A stretch of 64,000 nucleotides of DNA, from assembly GCA_038740895.1 (NCBI GenBank), contig JAVYLK010000003.1, positions 19,820-83,819 on the forward strand, written 5' to 3'. The position numbers and the translations under genes were made by a program. This DNA comes from Candidatus Caldarchaeum sp. GTDB taxonomy: Archaea > Thermoproteota > Nitrososphaeria_A > Caldarchaeales > Caldarchaeaceae. Shown piece after piece: positions 54,668 through 64,000 of the stretch (positions are counted from its first letter, which is position 1; each line of letters opens with the position of its first letter). The notes below the pieces were generated by a model. It was not told the DNA's origin, ran no database searches, and was given only the letters and a program-made list of their open reading frames with translations.

Positions 54668-55645
54668 TTAGAGTGTTTGCACACATCCGGAATTATTCGG
54701 CCTTGTATCGAAAGCCTCCAACAGTTTATACCCGTTCCTCTCTAGCTTTTCGACGATTTCCGCCACGGCTTTGTCAACAGGCCTTTCGCCGACGCCTTGG
54801 TCGTTCTCCGACAACTTGTAGAACAATACCCTAGACGGCCCCGCCCCGCTTATGGTCTCCGCCACGTTGTACTTTTTCAACAGCGACCGCTTCTCCTCCA
54901 TAAGCTTCCGCCCGTCGACACCATTACCGTAAAGCCCTGCGTTAGCCCTAGAGTACTCGACCAGCGGGTCTAGGCAGATGGCTCTGAAGAAAGTGTCTAG
55001 GTCAGACTTGCACAGAGCTAACGCCGCCACCGCAACGCGAGCAGTCAGCTCCACATGCATCTTAGTCTCTACAGACTCTGGGACAGCTTTTCGGACGTCT
55101 GATGTTGATGTCTTCTCCACGTCCGGAACCAGAACCACCATCGCTAGGTCTGGTGGAGGATCCACCCGGAAGACGGTGAAGCCGTCCTCTTCTCGGAGGC
55201 AAGCCACAAACCCTCCAATTGTTGAGGCTGCGACGTTGTCTGGGTGCATTCCAGGCTCAGCCAAGGCACCTGCTTCAACGAGCTGGCTGGCCGTCATCCC
55301 CAGCTTCAGAAGCTTGTTCAACCCGTACACCGTGGCCGCTGCCTCAGCCCCGCTCGAACCCAGACCCTTTCTCGGAGGGATTTCAGCATGGTAGGTTATC
55401 TCAACTCTTTTCCTCACCCCCCTGCTAGCCAGAAGCGCTGCCGCAGCTCTGACGCCTGAGTTATTTTCGGGGTTTGATGAAATCTCCGAGGCGTACCTGC
55501 CTTTCGCCTTCACGACAACCTCATCCCCCTCGTCAACCCTCAACTCCACGACGAGGCTCGGTTCTTCAAGAGCTATGGAGAAAACATCATAGCCAGGGCC
55601 CACGTTGGCGGAGCTTGACGGAGCTTTGAAGACCCCCGAAAGCAC
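54668..55645 (-). CDS. thrB: homoserine kinase (GHMP kinase family)
   Basis: APSSSANVGPGYDVFSIAL matches the ThrB signature P.SSAN.GPGFD, plus PRKGLGSSGAEAAA. Confidence 0.75.
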   Translation of the reverse strand: MLSGVFKAPSSSANVGPGYDVFSIALEEPSLVVELRVDEGDEVVVKAKGRYASEISSNPENNSGVRAAAALLASRGVRKRVEITYHAEIPPRKGLGSSGAEAAATVYGLNKLLKLGMTASQLVEAGALAEPGMHPDNVAASTIGGFVACLREEDGFTVFRVDPPPDLAMVVLVPDVEKTSTSDVRKAVPESVETKMHVELTARVAVAALALCKSDLDTFFRAICLDPLVEYSRANAGLYGNGVDGRKLMEEKRSLLKKYNVAETISGAGPSRVLFYKLSENDQGVGERPVDKAVAEIVEKLERNGYKLLEAFDTRPNNSGCVQTL

Positions 55646-55651
55646 TCCCCA

Positions 55652-56671
55652 TCACTTCATACGATTCGATATTTTCTTCTTCACAGCATCGACGAACTCG
55701 CCGCACTTTGCTCTACCGCCTAGGTCCGGAGTCAAAACCACTCCCTCTGCTAGTGCTTCTTCGAGACTTTTTTCCAACGCTAAAGCCGCCTCCGCGACTC
55801 TTCTGTCGTTGTTCTTCTTACCCAGCCATTCAAGCATCATCTTCGCCGCTAGAAGCTGAGCCGTAGGGTTTGCGTACTCAGGGTCAAGCCCGGGCGCTGA
55901 GCCGTGGACAGGCTCAAACAGCCCAAAAGAGTCGCCGATGTTTGCCGACCCAGCTATGCCTATAGTGCCGACGACTCCAGCTGCTTCGTCGCTCAGAATA
56001 TCTCCGAACATGTTCGGCGTTAGAATGACGTCGAAGGACTGAGGGTTTACGATTAGCTGGTAGGCGGCGTTGTCGACGTACATCTCGTTTACTTGCAGGC
56101 CTGTGTTTTTCGACGCGACCTCCATGCAGACGTTCCTGAAGAACTGGTAAGCTCTCACCACGTTGGCTTTGTGGACAACCGTCAACTTTCGCCGCCTGGA
56201 CAACGCCATTTCCACCGCAAGACGTGCTATCCTCTCAGCGGCTCTACGCGTTATTATGAGAAGGGCGACGGCATGGTCAACACCAACGTCCTCGACAGAC
56301 TTGTAAACGTCCTCAGTGTTCTCCCTCACGATAAGAAGGTCTACGCCGGACCACTTACTTGCAACTCCTGGGAAGTTTTTGAAGGGCCTCAAGTTGGCGT
56401 AGAGGTCTAGCTTCTGCCGGAGGTAGACTATGACGTCCCGGGCGGTCTCGCCTACAGGTCCTTTGAGACAACCATCGCTAGATCTGATTTTCTCGTAAGA
56501 GCTTTGGGGTAGAGCTTCGCCGTACTCTTCAAACACCTTGTCCCCTGCAGGCGTGTCAACGAACTCAACCCTGAACCCGTAAACCTCCCCCAGCCAGTCT
56601 ACGAGCTCGACGGTCTTCCCGACGATGTGGGGCCCGATTCCATCTCCACGTATAACGCTGACCCTGTACAC
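55652..56671 (-). CDS. isocitrate/3-isopropylmalate dehydrogenase family (LeuB or homoisocitrate DH type)
   Basis: 339 aa; N-terminal IRGDGIGP and NMFGDILSDEAAGVVGTIGIAGSANIG metal/NAD motif. Confidence 0.75.
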   Translation of the reverse strand: MYRVSVIRGDGIGPHIVGKTVELVDWLGEVYGFRVEFVDTPAGDKVFEEYGEALPQSSYEKIRSSDGCLKGPVGETARDVIVYLRQKLDLYANLRPFKNFPGVASKWSGVDLLIVRENTEDVYKSVEDVGVDHAVALLIITRRAAERIARLAVEMALSRRRKLTVVHKANVVRAYQFFRNVCMEVASKNTGLQVNEMYVDNAAYQLIVNPQSFDVILTPNMFGDILSDEAAGVVGTIGIAGSANIGDSFGLFEPVHGSAPGLDPEYANPTAQLLAAKMMLEWLGKKNNDRRVAEAALALEKSLEEALAEGVVLTPDLGGRAKCGEFVDAVKKKISNRMK

Positions 56672-56749
56672 AGGCGTCTAGCTCAACACTCCTTCATAAA
56701 AGCCTAAAGCAAGGCTTTTACGTCAGTACCGCCATCATTTTTGTAGGGC

Positions 56750-57994
56750 TTGTTCGCGAGCTTGGAGACATGGCGGTCGCCGGAGATAAAGGGAAGGCTT
56801 GAATGGTATTACATGGTGGCGAACAACCTCAAGCCCGCCAAGTATCTTATCTGCAGGCGGATACCAGCCGGAGAGGATTTGAGCCGGTTGAACGAGGAAG
56901 AGATGTGGATGCTTCACAGGAAGAAAGCCGATGAATTCAGCAAGGTCTTCAGGGCTATAAGGGACGGAAGTCTTGCTCTGAAAGACCTCGAAGCGGAGAG
57001 GCCTAGCTTCATGGACATCAAAGTGGCTCTAGTCAAGAAAATGCTCCACCACTGCAACTTCTGCCGATGGAACTGCAGAGTAGACAGAACAGCATCCAAG
57101 AAGCTTGGAACATGCCAGCTGGGCGAGACCTCCCGTGTCTCCAGCTACTTCCACCACCGTGGGGAAGAGCTCCCGATACGCGGTACGAAGGGGTCGGGGA
57201 CGATCTTCTTCACATCATGCAACCAGCGGTGTGTGTTCTGCCAGAACGCCGACATCTCGCACGACAAAGACAACGGAATAGTCTTTACGCCCCACATGCT
57301 CGCCTGGGCCATGTGGCAGCTGCGTATGGAAGGCTGCCATAACATCAACTTGGTTGGGGGCGAGCCAACCATCCACCTCCACACCATCGTCGAAGCGATA
57401 AGCCTGCTTAAGTTCTTCAAGCACGTGGAGGACAAGGCGTTAGAGGCGAAGGCCGACATATACTATCCATACACCTTGGACGCCCGCAACGCATCCTACG
57501 ACGGCGAGTTCAACACCCCAATTCTCTGGAACTCCAACATGTACATGAGCCGAGAGACCATGGACATACTTCACGAGCTGGTCGACATATGGCTTCCCGA
57601 CTTTAAGTTTGGGAACGACCGCTGCGCTGTATGGCTTTCCCGGACGCCGTGGTATTTCGACACCGTCGCCGAGAACCACAGGCTTCTGTACAGCTGGGGG
57701 GAGGACGTGGTCATAAGACACTTGATCATGCCCGGACACGTCGACTGCTGCACCAAACCCGTATTGAAGTGGATAGCTGAAAACATGCCCCTAACCCCCG
57801 TGAACATCATGGACCAATACCATCCCGACTGCTACTGCAACCCAGCCGACCCTCGGTTCGACAAGAGATACGTCGAGATGTCCCGTTATCCGACGAAAGA
57901 GGAGATACTCGAGTCTTACAGGTTCGCCAAGCAGCTAGGCCTACGGTTCGAGGAGATCACCTTCGAGAAATCATTGAGAGGGTTTAGGTTGTGA
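56750..57994 (+). CDS. radical SAM protein, PflX-like (pyruvate formate-lyase activating enzyme-related)
   Basis: CxxxCxxC in SCNQRCVFCQN, PflX-family C-terminal half; the N-terminal about 100 aa extension has an extra Cys cluster CNFCRWNC; start codon uncertain (TTG 56750 vs ATG 56810). Confidence 0.6.
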   Translation: MFASLETWRSPEIKGRLEWYYMVANNLKPAKYLICRRIPAGEDLSRLNEEEMWMLHRKKADEFSKVFRAIRDGSLALKDLEAERPSFMDIKVALVKKMLHHCNFCRWNCRVDRTASKKLGTCQLGETSRVSSYFHHRGEELPIRGTKGSGTIFFTSCNQRCVFCQNADISHDKDNGIVFTPHMLAWAMWQLRMEGCHNINLVGGEPTIHLHTIVEAISLLKFFKHVEDKALEAKADIYYPYTLDARNASYDGEFNTPILWNSNMYMSRETMDILHELVDIWLPDFKFGNDRCAVWLSRTPWYFDTVAENHRLLYSWGEDVVIRHLIMPGHVDCCTKPVLKWIAENMPLTPVNIMDQYHPDCYCNPADPRFDKRYVEMSRYPTKEEILESYRFAKQLGLRFEEITFEKSLRGFRL

Positions 57995-58031
57995 GAGCTA
58001 GGTTTAATAAACTTGGTGAGCGGCTGTAGTC

Positions 58032-58598
58032 ATGGTTAGAGCATCTCTGGCTGTGGACGCTGAAATCGCTGAAGCCCTTTCCCGTGTTGCGGAGGAGAAG
58101 CACATGACGCTCTACTCGCTGACCAACCAGCTGCTCAAAATGTCGGTAGACCTTCTCAGGGAAAACTTCGAGATACAGGATATAAAAAACCTGATAAAAG
58201 CCTACTGGGTTCTCAGGGACGTAGACGCCGTAGTGCTTCCCTCCGACTTCATGGACAGCATCATAGCCGACCTCTACTCTAAAGACCGTGAAAGCCTCCT
58301 CAAAAAATTCAAACAGCTCGGCCAAGACGTGGGCAAATACCTCAAGGTCTACGCAGAGACCGTAGACGGCCTGCTGCAGCTCGCAGGCATCGTCAGCAAG
58401 TTCTTCCCCCTCAAGAAGCTCGACGTCAAATACACATCCAAGGGCGTCTACGAGGTAGCGCTCATAGGAGTGGGAGGAAGAGTCGAGTCGACTCAGTGCG
58501 TCTTCGAGGCCATGAAAGGAGTGCTGGAGGAGTATGGCTTAAAGATTCTAGACCACTCTTTGGCGAAAGGACTGATCAAGGTGAGGATTTCGACTTAG
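58032..58598 (+). CDS. hypothetical protein with N-terminal ribbon-helix-helix-like segment
   Basis: 188 aa; RASLAVDAEIAEALSRVAEEKHMTLYSLTNQLL fits a beta-alpha-alpha RHH pattern; remainder unassigned. Confidence 0.35.
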   Translation: MVRASLAVDAEIAEALSRVAEEKHMTLYSLTNQLLKMSVDLLRENFEIQDIKNLIKAYWVLRDVDAVVLPSDFMDSIIADLYSKDRESLLKKFKQLGQDVGKYLKVYAETVDGLLQLAGIVSKFFPLKKLDVKYTSKGVYEVALIGVGGRVESTQCVFEAMKGVLEEYGLKILDHSLAKGLIKVRIST

Positions 58599-58675
58599 TG
58601 GCGCCCAGGCCGGGATTTGAACCCGGGTCCGCCGGGCGACAGCCGGCGATGCTAACCTGGCTATACCACCTGGGC
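58599..58675 (-). tRNA. tRNA-Asp (anticodon GTC), intronless, CCA encoded
   Basis: Reverse complement folds: acceptor GCCCAGG/CCTGGGC, anticodon stem GCCGG/CCGGC with loop CTGTCGC, T-arm CCGGG-TTCAAAT-CCCGG, discriminator G, then CCA. Confidence 0.8.
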
Positions 58676-58767
58676 TGTGTGGGTTTTCGTAGTTGCTTTA
58701 TTTAGTGTTTGTTTTGCAGCTGCATGTTTGGGAATAGTCTTATAAAGATGTGTGTCGGATAAAAAAC

Positions 58768-61440
58768 ATGGAAAAACTGTTTAGCCGTGTGGTGGGCGTT
58801 TTCCTGCTGCTGTCGTTGCTACTGCCAGCCTTGTCGGCGCAGGGTCAGCAGACAGGTCCATGGGTGGATGAGGTTGTTTTCTTCGTGGAGCAGGACCAGG
58901 CGAAGGCGGTTGACATGCTTGTCAAGAACGAGATGCAGGTCTACTTCAGAGACCTACGAGACCCAGCGCTTTTCAGGACTGTTAGGACGTCGCCAGAACT
59001 CACGTATGCGATGTCTTACGGGCTCTACTACGAGCTGACATTCAACCCTGTTGGGCCTGAGTTTCCAGCTACAGGTAAGCTCAACCCGTTCTCAGTCCCT
59101 CGAATAAGGGAAGCCATAAACTACCTTGTAGACAGGAGCTACATCGCCAGCGAGATAATGGGCGGTCTCGGAGTTCCGAGGTATACGGCTCTGTCCCCCT
59201 CATTCCCAGACTACGGCAGGTATGCAGACCTCCTGAGAGCCATAGAGAGGGAATATTCCTACAACTTGGACAAGGCTAGAACCATAATCGGGGAAGAGAT
59301 GACAAAGCTGGGCGCCCAGCTTCGCGACGGAAAATGGTATTACAAGGGAGAACCCGTCGCGTTGATTTTCCTGATAAGGGTTGAAGACCAGAGACGTCAG
59401 ATAGGCGACTACATCTCCTCGCAGCTGGAGAGAATTGGTTTCACAGTAGACCGGCAGTACAAGACGAGCAGGGAGGCTTCACCCATATGGATAAGGGGAA
59501 ACCCGGCTGACGGGCAGTGGCATCTCTACACAGGAGGTTGGATAACCACTCTCGTGTCCAGAGACGAAGGCGACAACTTCGGTTTCTTCTACACGTCTAG
59601 AGGACAGCCGGTTCCGCTGTGGCAAGCCTACAAGCCCGACCCAGAGTTTGACCAAGTAGCCGCCAAGCTCTACAACCGAGAGTACCGAAGCGTCGACGAG
59701 AGAAACGAACTGATGAGAAAAGCCATACAGTTGTCGATAAAAGACTCGGTTAGGGTCTGGCTGATACACCAGACGGCTCCGTGGCCTTCTAGGAAAGACA
59801 TACAGCTGACCTACGACCTCGCTGGAGGATTTTCCGCCGCCAGGCTATGGCCCTATACATTGAAGTATGTCGACAAGGTAGGCGGGTCTGTTAAGATAGC
59901 TTCCTCAGACCTTCTCGTCGAACCCATAAACCCTGTGGCAGGCAGCAACTGGGTTTACGATTCCATGGTCTACAGAGCCGTATCCGACCCCGCGGTAATA
60001 CCTGACCCATACACCGGTCTCTACCTGCCTCAGCGCATCAAGAGAGCTGAAGTTTACGCAGTAGTCGGCACACCCATGGAGGCAACCTTAGAATATGTTG
60101 ACCTGCGGTTTGTCCCAGAGATAAGGGTTCCCGAGGACGCTTGGTATGGCTGGGATGTTGAAAAACAGGAAATAGTCTACGCCCCGGCGGGAACTACCGC
60201 CAAGACTAGGACAGTTGTTTACTTTGAGGAAGACCTCTTCAAGAGAAAGTACCACGACGGTAGCACGATGGACCTTGCCGACATAGTGTTCAGCTACATC
60301 TTAACGTTCGACAGAGCTGACCCGAAAAGCCTGGTCTACGACGAGTCCTACCTGCCTGCTTTCGAAGAGTTTAGGACAACCTTCAAAGGCTTTAGAATAG
60401 TCAGCAAAGACCCACTAGTTATCGAGTACTACTCTGACCAAGCTTTCTTGGACGCTGAATGGAACGTCAACGCCGCTGCCTCGGCCTTCTTCACAGACTA
60501 CACCTACGGCCCAGGCCCTTGGCACACTGTTGCTGTAGCGTGGCTCGCCGAGGCGAACAAAGAGCTGGCGTTTTCAGCTGACAAAGCTGAACAGTTGAAA
60601 GTTGAGTGGACTAGCTTCGTCGCCGGCCCGTCGATCGAAATCCTCAAGAGATACTTGGCCCTAGCCGCTCAGCAGAGGTTCATCCCATACGAAAACGTTC
60701 TGAGACAATACCTCTCGCCGGAAGAGGCTGCTCAGAGATACGACAACCTTAGAAGATGGGTGGACACCCGGGGACACTTCCTAGTCGGCAACGGGCCCTT
60801 CTACTTGGACAGAGTAGACCCGACGGCAAGAATAATTGTCTTGAAGGCTTTCAGAGAGTTCCCCGACCCTCCGACGAAATGGGCTGGCTTCGCCGAACCC
60901 ATGATACCGGAGGTTAGGATACTGGCTACTCCGACTATTGAGACAGGGTTCCCGGCTGAGGTGCCTGTCTCAATAACGTTCAAAGGCCGTCAATACTCGG
61001 AGGAAGACATAGCTTATGTCAAGTACCTGTTGACGAGTGCTGCTGGGACTTCGGTCGGGTTTGCAGAGCACGTGGGCGGGGGAAACTGGAGGGTTGTTCT
61101 CAAGCCTGAGGAGACGTACAAGATGCCCACAGGGTCGGCAAGCATCGAGGTCATAGCCGTATCCAAGAGGGTAGGCATCCCAGTCGCAGCAGCCGCTACC
61201 CTCAACGTGCTCAGCTTCAAGGAGGGGATTCTTAGCGAAATAGCCAAAGCCAGAGCAGACTTGGACGCAAAGATCTCAAGCCTCGACTCACAGATTCGGT
61301 CGCTTTCAAACAACGTCAACAGAGCGACGTCGGGTGTTGAAGGTCTCCAAGGTACTGTTAACCTCGTCCTAGGGTTGGCTGTGCTAGCCGTCGTCCTGTC
61401 GCTTGCAGGGATAGGCTTGAGCATCATGAGAAAAAAGTAA
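58768..61440 (+). CDS. ABC transporter substrate-binding protein, family 5 (oligopeptide/dipeptide type), with C-terminal coiled coil and TM anchor
   Basis: N-terminal signal/TM; SBP_bac_5-like core; C-terminal AKARADLDAKISSLDSQIRSL coiled coil followed by TM helix and MRKK. Start at the ATG 26 bp downstream of TATA tcttataaag; the ORF track start at 58750 is too close to that box. Confidence 0.7.
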   Translation: MEKLFSRVVGVFLLLSLLLPALSAQGQQTGPWVDEVVFFVEQDQAKAVDMLVKNEMQVYFRDLRDPALFRTVRTSPELTYAMSYGLYYELTFNPVGPEFPATGKLNPFSVPRIREAINYLVDRSYIASEIMGGLGVPRYTALSPSFPDYGRYADLLRAIEREYSYNLDKARTIIGEEMTKLGAQLRDGKWYYKGEPVALIFLIRVEDQRRQIGDYISSQLERIGFTVDRQYKTSREASPIWIRGNPADGQWHLYTGGWITTLVSRDEGDNFGFFYTSRGQPVPLWQAYKPDPEFDQVAAKLYNREYRSVDERNELMRKAIQLSIKDSVRVWLIHQTAPWPSRKDIQLTYDLAGGFSAARLWPYTLKYVDKVGGSVKIASSDLLVEPINPVAGSNWVYDSMVYRAVSDPAVIPDPYTGLYLPQRIKRAEVYAVVGTPMEATLEYVDLRFVPEIRVPEDAWYGWDVEKQEIVYAPAGTTAKTRTVVYFEEDLFKRKYHDGSTMDLADIVFSYILTFDRADPKSLVYDESYLPAFEEFRTTFKGFRIVSKDPLVIEYYSDQAFLDAEWNVNAAASAFFTDYTYGPGPWHTVAVAWLAEANKELAFSADKAEQLKVEWTSFVAGPSIEILKRYLALAAQQRFIPYENVLRQYLSPEEAAQRYDNLRRWVDTRGHFLVGNGPFYLDRVDPTARIIVLKAFREFPDPPTKWAGFAEPMIPEVRILATPTIETGFPAEVPVSITFKGRQYSEEDIAYVKYLLTSAAGTSVGFAEHVGGGNWRVVLKPEETYKMPTGSASIEVIAVSKRVGIPVAAAATLNVLSFKEGILSEIAKARADLDAKISSLDSQIRSLSNNVNRATSGVEGLQGTVNLVLGLAVLAVVLSLAGIGLSIMRKK

Positions 61441-61470
61441 AACCACCAACCATTTTTTCCAAGTTGTGAA

Positions 61471-62541
61471 ATGAATTTCTCCTCCCCCTTTGTTTTTCTC
61501 GGCAAAAGGGCTTTGGTCCTAGCGTTGACGGTTGTTGCGGCGGTCTACATTACCATATACATAGCGAACATGGGAGGCTACGTCGACGAAATCATCAAGG
61601 GCGAGGTCTTGTTCTCGGTCTCGCAGCAGGTGAGGCAGAACCCTGCTTACAGGGGTTTGAACGAGACCCAGATAAGGAACCTGATCGAGCAGATTTACCA
61701 GAACGAGCTGAGGAGGCTTGGCTTCGACGAGCCGTTCTTCGTGAGAAGCCTAAACTACCTCAGGGATGCCCTGACCCTCGAGCTCGGTAGGGCTTTGTTC
61801 ATATCCAGCGACAGCGGTTCGAGGAGCGTGAGGGTCATAATAATGGAGAGGCTTCCCAACACCGTCCTGCTTTTCACAACCACACAGCTGATATTGTTTT
61901 TCTTAGGACTTTTCACGGGTCTTTTCCTCAGCAGAAGATACGGCAGCCGTGTCGACAAGATAGTTAGCCTGCTCACCCCCCTCTCCTCCCTGCCAGGCTG
62001 GTTCTACGGACTCTTCCTCATCCTCATATTCGCATCAATCCTGAGGATACTTCCCTACGGAGGTATGGTCGAAATCCCTCCGCCAACAGACCGGCTTGAG
62101 TACGCCTTGAGCGTTCTCCGGCACATGATTCTTCCGGTTCTGTCGTGGCTCACAGCCTACTTCTTCATAAACGCATACACGAGGAGAACTTTCTTCCTGA
62201 TATTCTCGAGCGAGGACTACGTCGAGGTAGCACGGGCCAAGGGAATCCCAGAGCCTCTTATCAGGCGACGCTACATCCTAAGACCCACCCTTCCCCCGAT
62301 CATAACCGACCTCTCGCTAACCCTCCTCGCCTCCTGGACTGGGGCGATAATAACTGAAACCGTCTTCAACTGGCCAGGCGTCGGAAGCCTCTTTTACGTC
62401 GCCTCAGTAGCCTTCGACACACCTGTCCTGGTCGGGCTTGTGGTAATCTACGCCTACTTGCTGGCGATTACGGTTTTCATCCTAGAGATGGTGTACGCTG
62501 TTCTAGACCCAAGGGTACGGGTCGGCGTGATGACGAGATGA
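61471..62541 (+). CDS. ABC transporter permease (DppB/OppB-like)
   Basis: 356 aa, 6 TM helices, EAA-like loop ARAKGIPEPLIRRRYILRPTLPPII. Confidence 0.8.
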   Translation: MNFSSPFVFLGKRALVLALTVVAAVYITIYIANMGGYVDEIIKGEVLFSVSQQVRQNPAYRGLNETQIRNLIEQIYQNELRRLGFDEPFFVRSLNYLRDALTLELGRALFISSDSGSRSVRVIIMERLPNTVLLFTTTQLILFFLGLFTGLFLSRRYGSRVDKIVSLLTPLSSLPGWFYGLFLILIFASILRILPYGGMVEIPPPTDRLEYALSVLRHMILPVLSWLTAYFFINAYTRRTFFLIFSSEDYVEVARAKGIPEPLIRRRYILRPTLPPIITDLSLTLLASWTGAIITETVFNWPGVGSLFYVASVAFDTPVLVGLVVIYAYLLAITVFILEMVYAVLDPRVRVGVMTR

Positions 62542-63929
62542 AAAGGCTCAGACCTCTTCTCCGGTACAAGTCTTCCTTTATTGGCGTGGGGATACTATCC
62601 TTGCTTGTGGCTGTTTCGGTGTACACCGTCATAACCATTCCGTTCGACGAGGCTGCAAGACTTTGGAGGGCGGGTGAGCAGACTTGGCTGGACAACCCAC
62701 GCAACGCCCTGCCTTCATGGGTGAACATGTTCACGTCAGCGAACCTGCCCAGCACCCTAGTCTTCGACACATCCTCTCCAAGACCCGGAGTGGTCAAGGT
62801 GTCGGCGAGAGCTGGCGAAAACATAAAGATAACTAGGGTCGAGATTAGGTTCGACTACGGCTTCGACGACTTCCCCAGCGAGTTAAACCTATTCTTCACC
62901 TCCCACTACCAAGTGTCGCAACCCCAGCTTACAATAAGCTGGGTAAAGCCCGACGGCACGCAGGTGCAGTTGAGAAAAACAACCATCTCAAGAGAGGACA
63001 GGTTCTACATGTCAGCCGACGCAGCCCTGTCGAGCGAGCTAAACCAGCTACTCGAATCAAGGCTGGGCAGGAAACCGCCCACCATGGTTCCAACAACCAC
63101 GATCCTGTTCGGAGTGATTGATGAAACCATCCTCGGAGTGGACACAGCCCGTGTGCAGAAGGGTGAGTACAGGCTTTTAATCGAGGGGTTTCTGTTCGAG
63201 GCTGACTCCGACTTTGATGCAAAGCTTGTTGTTTACGGTAAGGTTTATGGATGGGCTGGAACCGACCACCTGAGACGAGACATAGGCATCGCCCTGCTTT
63301 GGGGAACGCCCATAGCCTTATTGTTCGGAGTTTCTGCAGCCACTTCGATAGCCTTGATCCAGATGAGCATAGGAGCCGTGAGCGCCTGGTTCCGTGGACT
63401 CGTTGACACGTTGATGCAGCGGATAACGGAAATCTTTCTCGTACTCCCGTTCCTCCCCGTGCTTATAATGGTCTCAACACTTTACAGAGTAAACATCTGG
63501 ATAATCCTCGTGATAGTCATCCTCCTAAGCTCCTTCGGACCCGGGGTCAAAAACTACCGAGCTCTCTTCCTGCAGCTGCGCGAGTCGCCCTACATCGAGG
63601 CCGCACGTTCTTACGGAGCCGGAGACCTCCGCATACTCTTCCTCCACCTGATACCGCGAGTCCTGCCTACCATGATCCCCACCATAGTTCTGTCGGCGGC
63701 TGACTTCGTCTTCCTCGAGGCCGCCCTAGCCATACTCGGAATAGGAGACCCGATAACTCCGACGTGGGGTAAGGTCATACAGGACGCTTTCTACTTCGGC
63801 GCCTTGTTTAAAGGGCATTATTACTGGGTTCTCATACCATCGGCCTTGCTTGCAGCCACTTCGGTGAGCTTCGCCCTGATAGGGTTCGCCCTCGACAAGA
63901 TATTCAACCCACGGCTGAAAGAAATATGA
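62538..63929 (+). CDS. ABC transporter permease (DppC/OppC-like) with long extracytoplasmic N-terminal domain
   Basis: 463 aa; N-terminal TM then about 200 aa extracellular region, C-terminal permease core with EAARSYGAG EAA motif; ATGA-coupled. Confidence 0.8.
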   Translation: MKRLRPLLRYKSSFIGVGILSLLVAVSVYTVITIPFDEAARLWRAGEQTWLDNPRNALPSWVNMFTSANLPSTLVFDTSSPRPGVVKVSARAGENIKITRVEIRFDYGFDDFPSELNLFFTSHYQVSQPQLTISWVKPDGTQVQLRKTTISREDRFYMSADAALSSELNQLLESRLGRKPPTMVPTTTILFGVIDETILGVDTARVQKGEYRLLIEGFLFEADSDFDAKLVVYGKVYGWAGTDHLRRDIGIALLWGTPIALLFGVSAATSIALIQMSIGAVSAWFRGLVDTLMQRITEIFLVLPFLPVLIMVSTLYRVNIWIILVIVILLSSFGPGVKNYRALFLQLRESPYIEAARSYGAGDLRILFLHLIPRVLPTMIPTIVLSAADFVFLEAALAILGIGDPITPTWGKVIQDAFYFGALFKGHYYWVLIPSALLAATSVSFALIGFALDKIFNPRLKEI

Positions 63930-64000
63930 ATCCAAAACCAAGAAGGAAGGTCATCGGCAGCCGAGAGGTTTACCAGATGGTCGCTGGTTTTATGCTTCTT
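63926..64000 (+). CDS. partial ORF, probably the next gene of the ABC operon, truncated by the window end
   Basis: ATG overlaps the preceding stop (ATGA); only 25 codons are visible. Confidence 0.25.
   Translation, partial: MNPKPRRKVIGSREVYQMVAGFMLL

Noticed and set aside
1-64000. CRISPR arrays, rRNA genes, transposases, integrases or prophage next to the three tRNA genes
   Set aside because: No direct-repeat/spacer periodicity, no rRNA-like conserved blocks, and no recombinase-like ORFs flank tRNA-Pro, tRNA-Gly or tRNA-Asp. Their neighbours are ordinary housekeeping or surface genes, so there is no evidence of an integrated element.

Overview
This 64 kb window is gene-dense: about 70 protein genes, 3 tRNA genes, no rRNA, no CRISPR array and no recognisable transposase or integrase. 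It is GC-rich (mid-to-high 50s % by eye) and looks like a crenarchaeal, Thermoproteales/Thermofilum-like chromosome. Two of the tRNAs carry about 30 nt introns at non-canonical positions, and most operon-leading genes sit 20-30 bp downstream of an AT-rich TATA box, which suggests leaderless transcripts. Main blocks, in order: (i) a minus/plus catabolic island: aldehyde dehydrogenase, a DUF1185 'amino-acid synthesis' protein, a 5-gene Liv-type ABC importer, an LLM flavin/F420 oxidoreductase, an amidohydrolase and a molybdenum hydroxylase large subunit. (ii) tRNA-Pro(CGG) with a D-arm intron, followed by about 350 bp of non-coding, possibly structured RNA. (iii) an M50 site-2 protease and an F420 biosynthesis cluster (nitroreductase-like, cofD, cofC) beside a divergent conserved hypothetical gene. 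(iv) tRNA-Gly(GCC) with a variable-region intron. (v) a beta-CASP RNase, deoxyhypusine synthase and aspartate kinase. (vi) a 4-gene Mo-hydroxylase operon arranged L-S-M-L with two different large subunits. (vii) a half-size DOHH-like HEAT protein with two His-Glu dyads; then a MoaD-like protein extended 7 residues beyond its Gly-Gly, followed by Cgi121 and Sua5 (t6A synthesis). (viii) branched-chain aminotransferase, a protein disulfide oxidoreductase, A-type ATPase subunits H and C, and methanopterin-type genes (beta-RFAP synthase, DUF447, DUF1464) co-operonic with a lipoyl E2 protein. (ix) TyrRS, class II RNR with a C-terminal Zn ribbon, and an orphan NuoN/MnhD subunit. (x) Top6A translationally coupled to a metallophosphoesterase and a SWIM zinc-finger protein, with no Top6B in the window. 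(xi) a ferritin-like-VIT1 fusion, homoserine kinase, an isopropylmalate/isocitrate DH family enzyme, a PflX-like radical SAM protein, tRNA-Asp, and a peptide-type ABC importer whose 890 aa binding protein is membrane-anchored. All functional calls are from motif and family recognition by eye; no database search was run.
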